Positions 49,201 through 60,600 of a DNA stretch of 64,000 nucleotides are shown here, piece by piece (within the stretch, counting starts at the first letter, position 1; the number at the start of each line of letters is the position of its first letter). The translations under genes were made by a program, and so were the position numbers. Source of the stretch: Callorhinchus milii (lineage: Eukaryota); NCBI RefSeq assembly GCF_018977255.1, contig NW_024704742.1:64792001-64856000 (forward strand). The letters run 5' to 3'. The notes under the pieces are model-generated. The model searched no databases. It saw nothing but the letters and a program-made list of their open reading frames with translations, and was not told the origin of the DNA.

Positions 49201-51395
49201 TCACTCCATGGCTATTTGTTGCTGCATATCGCCCGGAAAATACAGTCACTATACTTTACAGTACATCCTGTGAAGAACTTTGAGACGCTATGTCAAATGC
49301 AAGGATTATTATTATTAAAAAGTAAAGCAGGCTTTATTATTAAAGATAAATTGTGATGTTATTTAGAGTTCTTACCTTATGAGAGTTCACAAACTCAAAA
49401 TAACTATTTTTTAAGAGATAATATTGAGATGCTTTAGATTTTTTTTATTTTGAGATCCCAACGTGAAAGACGCTATACAAATGTAATTTGTTGTTGTATT
49501 TGATTTCTCAAGAATATTGTATTGTTTGGAGTTAGTCACTGACCTTTCATTTCTGGGATCTGCGTTCGAACCCAGACAAAACTGCTGGGATGACAGCCTG
49601 CTCTGTGTGCTGACTGTAAGGCATGATACAAGGAAACCACTTTGGACAATCTTAACCCAGTTTTTAGTGGGTGTGGTCTCCAAACACAAATTGCTCTTAA
49701 TTTGGTACTAATGAATCATTTCAATCTGAGAGGCCACATGTGGGAAATGGAAAAAATGNAAAAAAATGGAAAAAAACTGGTGCAAGTAGTGGGTGATGTA
49801 GATAGTCTGTCCTTAAGCCAATGTTTGCTTCTGTTCTCTAATCAATTACTCAACTATAAAATTAATGAGCAGCACAGTGGCTCTGTACTACAGAACAGTC
49901 AGTTTCTGTGAAGCACTTTCAATATATTCTGTGAAGCGCTTTGAGACATCTCGAAGACGTGATAAGGTGGCACATCAAATGCAAGATTTATTATTAGAAT
50001 CTGTGGCTTTTCACATCATCCAGCAAACAGGCAATCCAACCAGGGATAAAGGTATGGGAGGTATTCTCGACTGTGATAACTTCTACCATTATAACTTTAT
50101 ATGTCCAGCACAATCCACAGTTGGTGCAAGGCAAGTTCATGTTTCAAATGAAAACTTCTCTCTGTGAGTTGAGCATGGCTTTTCTGCTCCAGTGACTCAT
50201 CATCTCATAGCAATTCCACATTGTCAATAAACAACAACAATTTGCATTTATATAGCGCCCCTCATGTCCTTTTAATGCAATCCTTACTCAGTAGTGGTGC
50301 ATTCCTGCTCTCCGTTAACACTGGTTTTATGCAGCAGTTTACTCAGATATTCATCAACCTCCCTGAGACTTTCACACAGACTTCCTTTTTGTTGTTCTAA
50401 TGATTGAAAACTGGCTTTTTGTCTTCAAAAGCTGATGTATCTTTGATGTCTTATAAAAATACAAATTATTTCTGGACCCAGAAAAGAAGACATTTCATAA
50501 AATATGATTGGATATACTGCGGTTACATAGCCTATGTATTACTGTGACAACTCCTACATTGTCTATCAGATTACTAATATAAAAAGAATGCACAATATGC
50601 TATGTATATAGAAGCATACTATGTCACCAATGGTGATTTGTGATTCAACTGAACTAAATGATGTGTGTACGTGCTCAGTAGTGCAGTTTTTGAGTAGCGT
50701 CTTCAAAATGCGTACATTCAGCTCACTTTCAAACAGAATTTCTATCACCCAGGGGAAACGAGAATGAGACATAAGACACAAACTCTCTGTTTACCACTGG
50801 AAGATTCTGTGAGTTGTGATTGATTACCCTCTGACTTCTGGCTTTTAGCAAGCTTACTCCAGTCAGATTTCATATGTGTAGTCATGAGTTATTTTGTGGG
50901 AGTACACGTCAGCTATTTGTGCACAGCAATGTCCCACAAACAGCCATGGAGTGAGTGACCAATTTTATTTGGGGGATTGTTGGCCAGGACACTGAAAGAG
51001 ACTCCCTTTTCTTTAACATCTACCTGGACAGGCAGAGGGACTTAATCTTAACGTTTCATCCAAAAGATAAGAGTAGCAGAGAAATTGTTAGTTTTAGTAA
51101 ATCAGCACGTTTCATTGCAGTGTATGTCCTGATCACTAACTCATTTAGAAGGTGCGACCTGTAAACCTGGCAATTATTAACAGACTTTTTTCCCCTTCGC
51201 TGAGTGCTGCTGATTTCTATGTGGTGTAGTAGTGATAAGCTATGTTTGTGTACTGCAAGCATGAGGTTGAATTGCACACGTTGTGTTTCAGTTTATTGGC
51301 TCGCAGGAGCGGAAGTCTGCTTCACTGCAACCAGCGCCTTCTTTCTCATTCCAATCGGCCTCCTTACAGTTCCAATTGCAAAGAAAATGGAGTAA
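31015..51395 (+). CDS. MFSD10: Major facilitator superfamily domain-containing protein 10 (TETRAN), complete 12-coding-exon gene, 467 aa
   Basis: Exons: 31015-31203, 33422-33518, 34819-34922, 36996-37154, 38004-38192, 39907-40018, 41617-41728, 42757-42865, 44392-44482, 47332-47379, 48994-49083, 51292-51395. All GT-AG, phases compatible, total 1404 nt. Motifs: DLLGFTLILPL, YNSVLFGGLIG, MFS motif A GAASDYFGRR, GGMSKGNVSLSTA, AFSLGFTIGP, LPETLP, FLFSGLEYTL, GILRSLGALARALGP. Confidence 0.96.
32050..32250 (+). repeat. Unclassified interspersed repeat copy
   Basis: Direct match to about 24190-24390. Confidence 0.8.
32905..33208 (+). mobile_element. tRNA-derived SINE copy (long-insert variant, 5' truncated)
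   Basis: Partial B box TTCGATTCC, core, (TTA)n tail. Confidence 0.82.
33422..33518 (+). CDS. MFSD10: MFSD10 coding exon 2 (GGLYQSMQ...YNSVLFG)
   Basis: 97 nt, |GTAAGT donor. Confidence 0.93.
34819..34922 (+). CDS. MFSD10: MFSD10 coding exon 3 (LIGTIFSLLQF...SDYFGRR...)
   Basis: 104 nt, contains MFS motif A. Confidence 0.94.
36996..37154 (+). CDS. MFSD10: MFSD10 coding exon 4 (AGLIASYALW...RSKGM)
   Basis: 159 nt, AG/GT flanks. Confidence 0.94.
38004..38192 (+). CDS. MFSD10: MFSD10 coding exon 5 (AMIGVAFSLGF...LPETLPKHKR)
   Basis: 189 nt, |GTAAGA donor. Confidence 0.94.
39160..39670 (+). mobile_element. LINE CR1 3' fragment
   Basis: EKIQCGFTRMF, DLIEVLKIMK, TRGHKYKI remnants; 3' end ATTCTATGTAATTCTG. 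Confidence 0.82.
39907..40018 (+). CDS. MFSD10: MFSD10 coding exon 6 (VSSVLSRF...DLLSPVALFQFSAV...)
   Basis: 112 nt, phase-compatible. Confidence 0.92.
41617..41728 (+). CDS. MFSD10: MFSD10 coding exon 7 (VKNLKVLGLVYFLYLFLFSGLEYTL...)
   Basis: 112 nt, |GTAAGT donor. Confidence 0.94.
41891..42214 (+). mobile_element. Full-length young tRNA-derived SINE
   Basis: GGAGTCCTGTAGCTCAGTGGTTAGAGC head, B box, (TTA)n tail; near-identical to the 46474 copy. Confidence 0.92.
42250..42695 (+). mobile_element. LINE L2 3' fragment
   Basis: CGGATCGATTTCAAGATTCTC segment and (TTG)n tail. Confidence 0.82.
42757..42865 (+). CDS. MFSD10: MFSD10 coding exon 8 (MQQGKMFFFVG...QGGYARRI...)
   Basis: 109 nt, |GTAAGT donor. 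Confidence 0.94.
44392..44482 (+). CDS. MFSD10: MFSD10 coding exon 9 (AFFLLIPAF...LYSF)
   Basis: 91 nt, |GTAAGT donor. Confidence 0.93.
44555..45250 (+). mobile_element. LINE L2 3' fragment
   Basis: [25 protein letters not shown] in ORF 44650..45234; (TTG)n tail. Confidence 0.9.
46474..46798 (+). mobile_element. Full-length young tRNA-derived SINE
   Basis: Same structure as the 41891 copy. Confidence 0.92.
47332..47379 (+). CDS. MFSD10: MFSD10 coding exon 10 (AAVVVPCLSTLVSAF)
   Basis: 48 nt, |GTAAGT donor. Confidence 0.92.
48994..49083 (+). CDS. MFSD10: MFSD10 coding exon 11 (GADQKGTTMGILRSLGALARALGP...)
   Basis: 90 nt, |GTAAGC donor. Confidence 0.94.
51292..51395 (+). CDS. MFSD10: MFSD10 last coding exon (YWLAGAEVCF...AKKME*)
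   Basis: TGTTTCAG| acceptor; TAA at 51393-51395. Confidence 0.93.
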
Positions 51396-52681
51396 CCAAG
51401 TTAGAAGCGAAAAGTCCAGGACCAAACTAAGTGAACCAACAGTGGGAAACCACTGTTATCAACCTTATTGTCAATATGGAATAAACCAGAAACATATTGC
51501 TCCTTATGCTGTTTGTTATGAAATGGGTAATTTACTTATATACTTTATTTTGTTGTTATTGTTATTGTTACTCCAAAAACAAGCAACACAATGCATTCAC
51601 TCCTGGACTGGAGTAACTGAGCAGAGAAAGCTGAGTCAACTCCCCAACTGTAGCCACTGCATTCTGCTTGTCAACTATATGAAGTAAATGAATATCAGGA
51701 AAAACACACATTTTAAATAGCAATATGTTTGTTTGTTGGTGTGGTATTCGGATGGTGGGAAGAGAAATTAATGGTTTAAAATGTATGCAAAGGATTATTT
51801 TACAGCTTCACTATGTTTTTCCTTCTCTCACCCCTGGTCTGTTTTGTAAGAGTCTCAGCTCTGCCATGTATCTCTGGCCTGACTGGGAGTGCAGGGATGC
51901 AAACTATTTTCAGGCTCTTCCTATGTCACTCAAACCAATAAAATGTGTGAGGTTGGTATAGGTTGCATCTCTCTCTCTGTGTCTCTGATTTATTAACTAA
52001 TTCTCTCGTCTGTTGAGGTTAAGGTGTTGCTTCATTTTTGTTTAGCCTTGACCACCACCTTCCTGCTGCCGTCTCTCCATGCACCAGCCGTGCCTTTGAG
52101 TATTTAGTCACTAGAATTGTAATTTTCATTATTTTTTGTTACCTGAAACCTTATTCTGACCACCCAAGAAAGTATTTTATATTATAATCTGCTCCACATT
52201 CTTTCAGCTGTCCTTAGTGGACTTGGTAAATCTGTCTTTCTAATGGTGTACTGTACATTTTAATCAATATAGGATATGTTGTCTCTGTAAATTCTTGGGA
52301 GAATCCCACTATAAGCACACATCAGCAGTCATCAGACATACCAGCACAAGGAATTTCTTACTTTATATTTTGAGTCTGCAGCCAAACCCAAATGTGTGAA
52401 GAAAACTTTACTCCTGATGCTGTCAATATGGAATACACCAGAAGCATATTGCTCTTTATGGCTGTTTGTTATGAAATGGGTGATTTACTTAGATACCAAA
52501 TAACAGACTAGGTTAAAGGTTATAAAGGTTAGAGCAATTGAACAATCAGTCACCTTTGTCTCCTTCTTTCAAACTGAACATTTTGCAGGTACTGTAATTG
52601 AATGTGGATATCATCTTTTGTGCAGCTATTCTATATACTGTATTTTGGCACCACAGATGCATTGTTTTATATACATTTTCA

Positions 52682-52687
52682 AATAAA
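52682..52687 (+). terminator. Candidate MFSD10 polyadenylation signal (AATAAA); other candidates at 51480 and 51937
   Basis: AATAAA followed by T-rich sequence, just before intergenic L2/CR1 repeats begin. Confidence 0.45.
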
Positions 52688-53639
52688 GATTTACCATTTT
52701 TTCTATGTTACTATTTTATTACAAAAATGCCTTTAGTTGTACAGTACAATTTACATTACAGGACTTTTCACAGGTGGGGTGGGGGGCATTTGCAAAGGTT
52801 TAACCCTACTGGTTGAGCACCCAAGCTGGGGATGGCAGCCAGAGAAAGTAGGGACGGGAAAAATGACTGAAAGCACAAAGAGGTATGGCTTGAGGCAGGC
52901 GATGAATGAGGAGAGTAAGTGAGTGAGAGGGACTCCAGGATGGAGTTTCAAGGGGGGGGTGGGGGGGCAGAATGCAGAATGGCTGAAAGCTCATCCATGA
53001 TGAATAAAATGTTAGTTTAGCAGCACTGTATTGACATGGTTAATGTATTCATTGTATCTATATTCTCCCCACACTCATTGCTATTTAAATAACTAACTGT
53101 AGTCATTCCTTGTGTAAGATGTCAGGGTTAGCTGATGGGGGATTCCTGGGAGGCTTGGGCTCTGGCTGAAATATTCCTACATGTAAGCTAACTATCAAGA
53201 GTTACTGAAGATATTCAAGATAATGAAGACTTATAATAAATAACTATTTCTGCGAGTGATTTAAGGACAAGTGTATGCATTTAAGATTACAATGTGGAGC
53301 ATGAAAGGGGTAGAGGGAAAAGTGCTGGAGGATTGCGAGTATGGAATGAATTGCCAGAGGTGGCTGTTGCAGTTGAGTCAGTAGTGGCATTTAAAAATAA
53401 ACTTTTTGGCACAATATCAGAGGGTATAGAGAAAAGGCACTGAATAACAATCCTTACATTTGATATAGCGCCTTTCACATCAGGACAACATTGCAAAGGC
53501 TTCACAGAATTTAATGTAAAGTGCAGTGACTATTTTTAGACAAGTGCAGCAACCAATTTGTACACAGCTATGTCCCACAAACAGCCATTAAGTGAATGAC
53601 TAATTTGAGGGATTGTTGACCAGAACACCAGGAGAATTC

Positions 53640-54310
53640 ATTGAATCAAAGAATATTACAGCAAAGGAGACCATCGTGCCTGTGCCACCCAATCAGTCCC
53701 ACTCCTCCGCTCTTTCCCCATAACCTTGCAAATTTTTCCTTTGAGTACCTATCCGATTCCCTTTTGAAAGTTGTTATTGAATCTATTTCCACCAGCCTTT
53801 CAGACAGTGCATTCAAGAGTGTAACATCTCTCTGTAAAACAAATTCTCATCTCCCCTCCAGTTATTTTGCCAATTATCTTAGATCTATGTCCCCTGGTAA
53901 CCAACCCACCTGCCAGTGGAAACAGTTTCTCCCCATCTATTCCATCAAAATCCCTCATAATTTTGAACACCTCTATTAAATCTCCCTTAACCTTTTGCTC
54001 TAAGAACAATCTCAGCTTTGCTAGTCTCTTCACGTAACTAAAATCCCTCATCCCCGGTACCATTCTGGTAAATCTCCACTGCATTCCCAAAGTGTGGTGC
54101 CCAGAGCTGGACACAATACTCCCAACTCCACAATGACTTATAAAGGTTTAGCAGAACTTCCTTGCTTTTGTACTCTATGTCTCTATTTATAAAGCCAAGG
54201 ATCCCATTTGCTTTTTTAACAGCTCTATCAACCTGTACCTGCTACCTTCATAGACCTGTGTATGTGAACCCTCAGGTCTCTCTGCTCCTTGAACTCCCTA
54301 TAAAATTGTA
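53640..54310 (-). mobile_element. LINE CR1 3' fragment
   Basis: QWRFTRMVPGMRDFSY..RL, GDLIEVFKIM, TRGHRSKI in ORF 53800..54114. Confidence 0.86.
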
Positions 54311-54981
54311 CTTTTTTAAAATTAGTGATTGAATTAAAAAAGACACAGCCTTGGATGAACATTTTAATCTGATGGACAGCACACACCCCTCACTACGTTG
54401 GAATGTCAGCCTAGTTAAAAGTCCCAACATAAGACTATGAATCTGACTGAGGCAAGACTGCTAACTCAGCCAAACTGATGCAGTCACGTAAATTTGGATT
54501 AAGATAGCATCACAAAATAGTCAATCCACTTTACAGTATATCCTGTGAAGTGCTTTGAGATGTCTCATTGACGTATAAGGCAGTAAATCAAATGTAAGGA
54601 TTATTATTATTATTCATTGGATGAGCAAATATAGGGATTAATACAAATTGGCTGAAATTGACTTCTATACCGGTTCAGATTTCTATTGGTGGCAATGAGA
54701 AATAACCTTTTCTCCACCCTCCCTATCCCATTGGAGACCAATTTTTTGTGCTCACTGTAATCTTGATTTAATACAGACCAGGGATTGAAATGTGAGATGG
54801 TGATCATCCACTGTATCTTTGCAACATGTTTTATTGTATATCTTTGCTTTACTTGTGGCTAAAATGGTGTCACTCTCAACACACCTGTGGCTGTTGTCAG
54901 CAATTTCTATTGGATAACACTATAGAAATTCTAGAATACCCATCTCACTGTTTGCCCATCAAAGTATCAAGGAGATAAGTT

Positions 54982-55000
54982 CCCCCCCCCCCCCCCCCCC
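54982..55000. repeat. Poly-C run (19 nt)
   Basis: Read directly from the sequence. Confidence 0.9.
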
Positions 55001-55194
55001 GCTCTATTCCTGTTAACCCTGAAAGCCAAAGCCCAATGAAATTGCCAATGTCCTCAATGGAAACTGCAGTTTTAGCTACAGTTGAAGGACGGCAGTGAGA
55101 AAGTTTAACCATCATCATCTTAGAAGAGATTTCCTTTGATTAATATTATTTTGACCAAAGTAAACTTTGTGGCACATTAAGTTCTAAAGAAAAT

Positions 55195-55200
55195 TTTATT
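55195..55200 (-). terminator. Candidate ADD1 polyadenylation signal (AATAAA on minus strand)
   Basis: Plus-strand TTTATT at the end of a ~2.1-kb repeat-free AT-rich stretch downstream of the ADD1 stop. Confidence 0.45.
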
Positions 55201-57299
55201 TGTGAATGAAACGTAATGTTACAATGAAACAGAAAAATTAGATATCTTCAAAAAAAGTAATACATTTTTGTTTCATGTAGTGATACAAAGATACTTGAAG
55301 GCTAGAATAAAAATCAGGTGTTTACAATCGTTACATAAGCGAAAGGAATTAATAACCCAAACATTGTGAAAAGTGGAATAACTAGCCAATGGCATCTGGT
55401 TATTATATAAACTTGGCAATCAATTATAACAGATTAGCATAAAGGAACTTAATAAAACTGCTCAGTGTACAGAAGTCATACAAGGGTAAAATACAAGCCG
55501 TAAGCCAGCAATGTCATGCAGTCTTTATTAAACATCTGTTATTTGCAAGTTATACTCTTGTTTGCTGCTGATTCCAATATAGCCCGCACTAACCCACAAA
55601 CAGACTTATTCTGAAAATCAGACAGAACCTTAGGCAGTTTGACATGTGTGCCATGTCATCAAATCGCCAGCATGCTAAACATTTCATATCAAATAGTTTC
55701 CTCCTGGGGGGCGAGAGCATTTCAAATGCAGGCTAATTACATGTAATGTACCCTTTTTGATAGATTTTCCTCAAATTGATATTTTAAAATTGTACAATTG
55801 AAGCACTGTAACATCAATCTCAGGTACAGAGAATTCCATTAATTTTCAGATTAAAAAGGTTTATATAGTTATCTTAACTATTTTTTCCTAATTCATTGAT
55901 CATAATCAGTTACCAAGGTAACAAAAAAGGTAATTGATATTGCACATCCAACATTATGGTGAAAGTTAAAAAGCTATAAATGTGCAATAGCAAATCATTA
56001 GGGTTTCCTTTCATGTAACCTTGCATGCTGGTAGAGTGATGCGGACACACAGTAAATACATGAGATGGTCCAAGCTACTGTCTCAGAAACAGCCAGGTTA
56101 ACTAGATCATTTCTGTTAATTGGTGATGTGATGGATTTACAAAAAAACTATAGTTTCCCTACCGTGAAAATGCCTTTGTAACAAGTAAACTGGAAAAGGC
56201 ATATATCTACCCAACATGAATTTAATTTCAAAAAGATACAATACCCCTTTTGTTGGCTCAGTACTTCAAAACTATACAGGTATATGAAAAACAAAAATAC
56301 GACATACATCATCCATTTCCTAAGATTTATGGAGTTGAGCAAAACATTTAGAAGCCATTACATATGATGCCAACATTAAAATACAAAGTATTCTTGCTAT
56401 CATCTCCAATTGTGTAAACTGAGAATAAGTCTGTTGTGTACACTTATTTGATTTCCCCTCCCACCCCCAAGATAGCCAAGAGATTAAATGGATAAAGTCT
56501 ATATTCCTTCAGTTACCAGTTCCTATTTTGCTCTTGAACTAGCTGCGACGTGTACGAGAGCAGCACACGGAAGGTAACTCATTATGGCAGGGAAAGCAGT
56601 TTGCCTTTGCACGGCACCTTTTTGCACTGTCCAACTGAGTCTGGGAACTCATTATGCGGTAATTCACAGAAAGCAACCGACCACAAACACTATTCTCTCT
56701 TTCTAAAACACTATGTGGACCAACAAAAGGGATACTTGTCACAATCAAAAGAAACTTCTATTCACTATCTTATCTATAGCTGTTACCACTACTTTTATTG
56801 TAAGCAATTCATGATTGGTGCTGATATACAAGCCACATGCTCCATTGAGAAAATGCTTCCATTTAAAACATCCTCACACTTTCACACAGCACCACAGATG
56901 GCTGGAATTTAAAGAGTCATGCGCAGGATGTCTTACACACGTGGTAAAATATAGGTCATTATGACAATATCTGTGTATTACATTAACAAAAGCAATTAGG
57001 TAACCATAATCCTATAAAGTGTTTCTCTGGCTTCAATGTTTCCTATCACAACCCAAATTGGCAAAGAATACTGGGATTAAACAGTGGATTGCATCTACTG
57101 TACTGAAAGGATTAGCACCTTTTGTCAAAAATGTCCCATTACTGTTCAATACCAATCAAGCTCTACTAGACTTCTTTGCATTCCATTAAATGACATAGAT
57201 GCTTTATTAAGACAACCACTAACAATACAATCTTGTACATTCTACAAGTTAATTATAAATCTGGTTTATGAAATAACAGCATTCTCCAGAGCTAAGGAT

Positions 57300-57631
57300 T
57301 TAGGAATCACTTTTCTTCTTGTTCTTCTTCAAGAAGGAAGGAGTACGGAATTTTTTCTTCTTCTTTGAAGGAGACTTGCTGGGAGATTCATCACTGCCTG
57401 CATCAGCCACATCCTCAGGTGGTGGAGTTTGCAACTGCTCAGAAGGTGGGGATGGTATTTCTTGGATCTCGACAGTGGCAAGCTCAAGCTTTTTGCTTGA
57501 GCTATCCGACTCCTCTTTATCAGAAGTCTGGCAGATCAGCGGTTCTGAGGGCTCATCAGGGGTAAGTTCTGGCAGGGTTTGTTGAATAGTTGCAGGGCTG
57601 CAATCCTTGTATGTCTGCTCTGGTTGAGTTT
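57300..57631 (-). CDS. ADD1: ADD1 terminal coding exon with MARCKS-related basic domain
   Basis: TTCTATAG| acceptor, phase 1, 332 nt to TAA; overlaps ORF 57300..57701. Confidence 0.94.
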
Positions 57632-60600
57632 CTATAGAATTTATAAAGAGATCAACAAAGTAAATGTCACTGTAAAGACATGGCTGTGGGATCATTATCA
57701 CGTGGAAAGGAAATAACAGGGGAGTAAAATATAAAGCTACAACAATAACAAAATTACATTTGTACAGTGCCCTTCACTTTGGGAGCACGTCCCAAGGCGC
57801 TAGACAGTCAGTGCTTCAGACCCAAGCTAGGGGTTGGGGAGGGTGGAGGGCGGGGGGGAAAGAGGGTTATCAAAGGCACAGTCAAAGAGGGTCTTAAGAT
57901 GGGTCTTGAAGGAGAAAAGGAGGAGGGACTGCGGGATGGAGTTCCAGAGGGTGGGGGCAGAGTGGCTGAAGGTCACCCAGCAATAGTGGGGTGAGCGAGG
58001 CGGGGGATGTGGAGCAGGCTGGAGCCTGCTGAGCAGAGGGAGTGAACAGGATGGTAGGGGGTTAGGAGGTCGCAGAGTTACGTGGGGAGCGAGGCCATGG
58101 TGGGTTTTGAAGGTGAGGACCAGGACCTTGAACTGTATCCTCTGTGTGATGGGAAGCCAGTGGAGTCGGGTGTGGATGGGGGTGAAAGGGTTACGGAGCC
58201 TGATGCAGGAGAGGACACGGGCTGCAGAGTTCTGGATGATCTGCAGCCTATGGGGGGAGGAGTGGGGAGGCCGACAAGCAGTGAGTTTGCAGTAAGTTTT
58301 AAGTCAAGCCTGGATGTAATACTCGAGGGTCAAATAAGATTCCCTACAATGGAGAAGCAACCACTTGCATAGGCTCAGCAGGTCCAATGACCTTCACAAC
58401 GCCTAAGATTTTGTGTGGAAGAGTGATTGGAACATTTGGCTTTGAGTTATGACTTCTGTCTGAAAAACACATCATTGATTCTGAGTCTGAGGAAGGGCAC
58501 AATTTAAGTAAAATCATAAGATCAGATTTTTTGTTCAGTTCTTTGAAAGCTCAATTAATTGTGAACAATTTTGTTATCATTCTGGGGCCGTGTGCACCAA
58601 AGCCAGGGAAATAACCATTTATCATTACCTGAGATTTACTAACATTTTACAGTCTTCACAACAAAAGTTTTCATTTTCTACACTTGTAGATTTTTTTCCT
58701 ACATCCTAATTATTTTAAGAGTCAATTGATTCCAAAGAGTCAATTGATTCCAAATTGTAGTCTCCTCCAAACTCCTGTGGGAAATCACAAACTCTACTGC
58801 ACATCTTTTGAGATACTGTGGCACACAAAGACATGGGTTCACATTACCAAGTGTGAATTAGACACTTGGGCTGTGGAATAAGGCAAAGTTTAACAGGTTT
58901 AGGTATTATTGCAATATGTTTTCAAATAATTTCTTTCTCCCCTCCCACTATACTTTAGAAAAGATACTGTTTTTGAGAAATGAATCTTTCCATAACCAAA
59001 ATACACTAGATGAGTTTGTTTCTTAGCCTCGGATAGGGATATTGCTGCAAAAATAAAATCTAACAAATCTAACCATTAGGATAAAATCAAAGAGCTTGTT
59101 TATTTTCAACTTCAACACCACATTGGATACATTGGGTTTAAGGCTAAGATTGAATCCACACTGCTGTTTGAGCATTTGTGAAGTGAAATAAAACCTCACT
59201 TTGCATCACAATTATTGAATAAAGTTGGCACTCTTGGCACCCTATAAGATTTGTGGATACAAACACAATCCTCAATTCACTTGAGGATTCACTTGACAAA
59301 CACAATTCCTCCTCTCAAGGGCTGTAACTTCTGTGAAAAGTTCAGTAGGAAGACTGTAAAAACAGTGGGACCAGCCTGAGGAAGAACTCAAGGTTCTCAT
59401 AACCTAAGGTTTATAAAATGCATCTCGTTCTAAAAAGCAAGTTTTGGATACAAGTCAGTGAAAGGTTCACCATAATATGATCAAACACATGGTAAGATTA
59501 CTCCATTTAAAGCTCAAGTTCTTTTGAGAATATCAGGTAAAGGCTGATTTATTTTTTCCCATATGCTAATGCAAAAATATAGCTGATGGAAGAACACTAA
59601 CAAGAGCAAATTTCTATAAAACACTGATAAGAAGGAACTTAGCATCCCAACACTCTGGAAAGAGGGAGAACCAGGTCAGCAGTTGTATTGCAATGGAATC
59701 TGACTCCCTTTACATTGCTGCACACAGCTGCATGAAAAGTTTGAGATGTCCTCCCAATGTGGAAGACACAAGAGAAATGTAAATTGTTGATGTATTTAGT
59801 TGTTAAATACACAGTGGGGTTGAAAAAGGTCTCAGAAGGCATGACTGCTGGAAAAGCCCCCTTGAAGTAAACAGTTATCTACAGCGGAAAATCCTGTACG
59901 TCATTCTCACTTGAGGATAACAGAACAAAGCTGATAATACATTGGCAATGGATCCTAACGTATTACAGTTCTTTGTACTATCCTGTTGGCTTCCTGGTTA
60001 AGAGTCACTTATACCCAGGCACATAACAACTAAGTTTCTTTTCCTGATCTATAAACAAATATTTCCCGAGGATGTCAATGTAGATAGTCTGGCATTGCAT
60101 AGTACTCTGCCTGCTGAAAACACGAAGAACTTAAAGGAAGAGGTGTATTATGAACCTCTGTTTGCCCCCCACCCCACAAACAGCTCAAACAAGATACAAC
60201 CAGGTCTCTTGAGAATGATGGATGCTCTGACAAAATTTGATGTTCCTTTATGCTAGAAAAATATTTCCCAGACTTCAGAAAAAAAAACTTAGGATTCAGT
60301 TCTGAAAACAAAAGGCTGGAGAGCGGCAGTGGGTCAAGCAAACGTAACTCACAGGGGTAAAAGGTTTTTGAATTTAAAATTTGAATGCATTGTTTGTCAA
60401 CTGAAGTAAAGGTAAATTAATGCATGATCAAATTTGAAGTTTATCTTCTATGCCACACATCTCGCTTTAGTTGACCAATATATCCAAGAATGGCCTGAGA
60501 AATTTTTTTGTCAAGATATTTGCAAACAATAGGATGATTGTGATAAGGACATTATAGCTTCAACCTGCTGTATCACCTTAATAAAGCACATTAAAATATT

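Noticed and set aside
58718..58753. Short tandem duplications (18-mer here; others near 26030, 35533 and 36300) and small hairpins (5570-5606, 35090-35112)
   Set aside because: Ordinary slippage or chance-level structures with no supporting context.
60075..60115. Acceptor-like TTTTCAG|CAG in the ADD1 intron, suggesting another exon
   Set aside because: No nearby convincing donor and no adducin-like peptide in the required phase.
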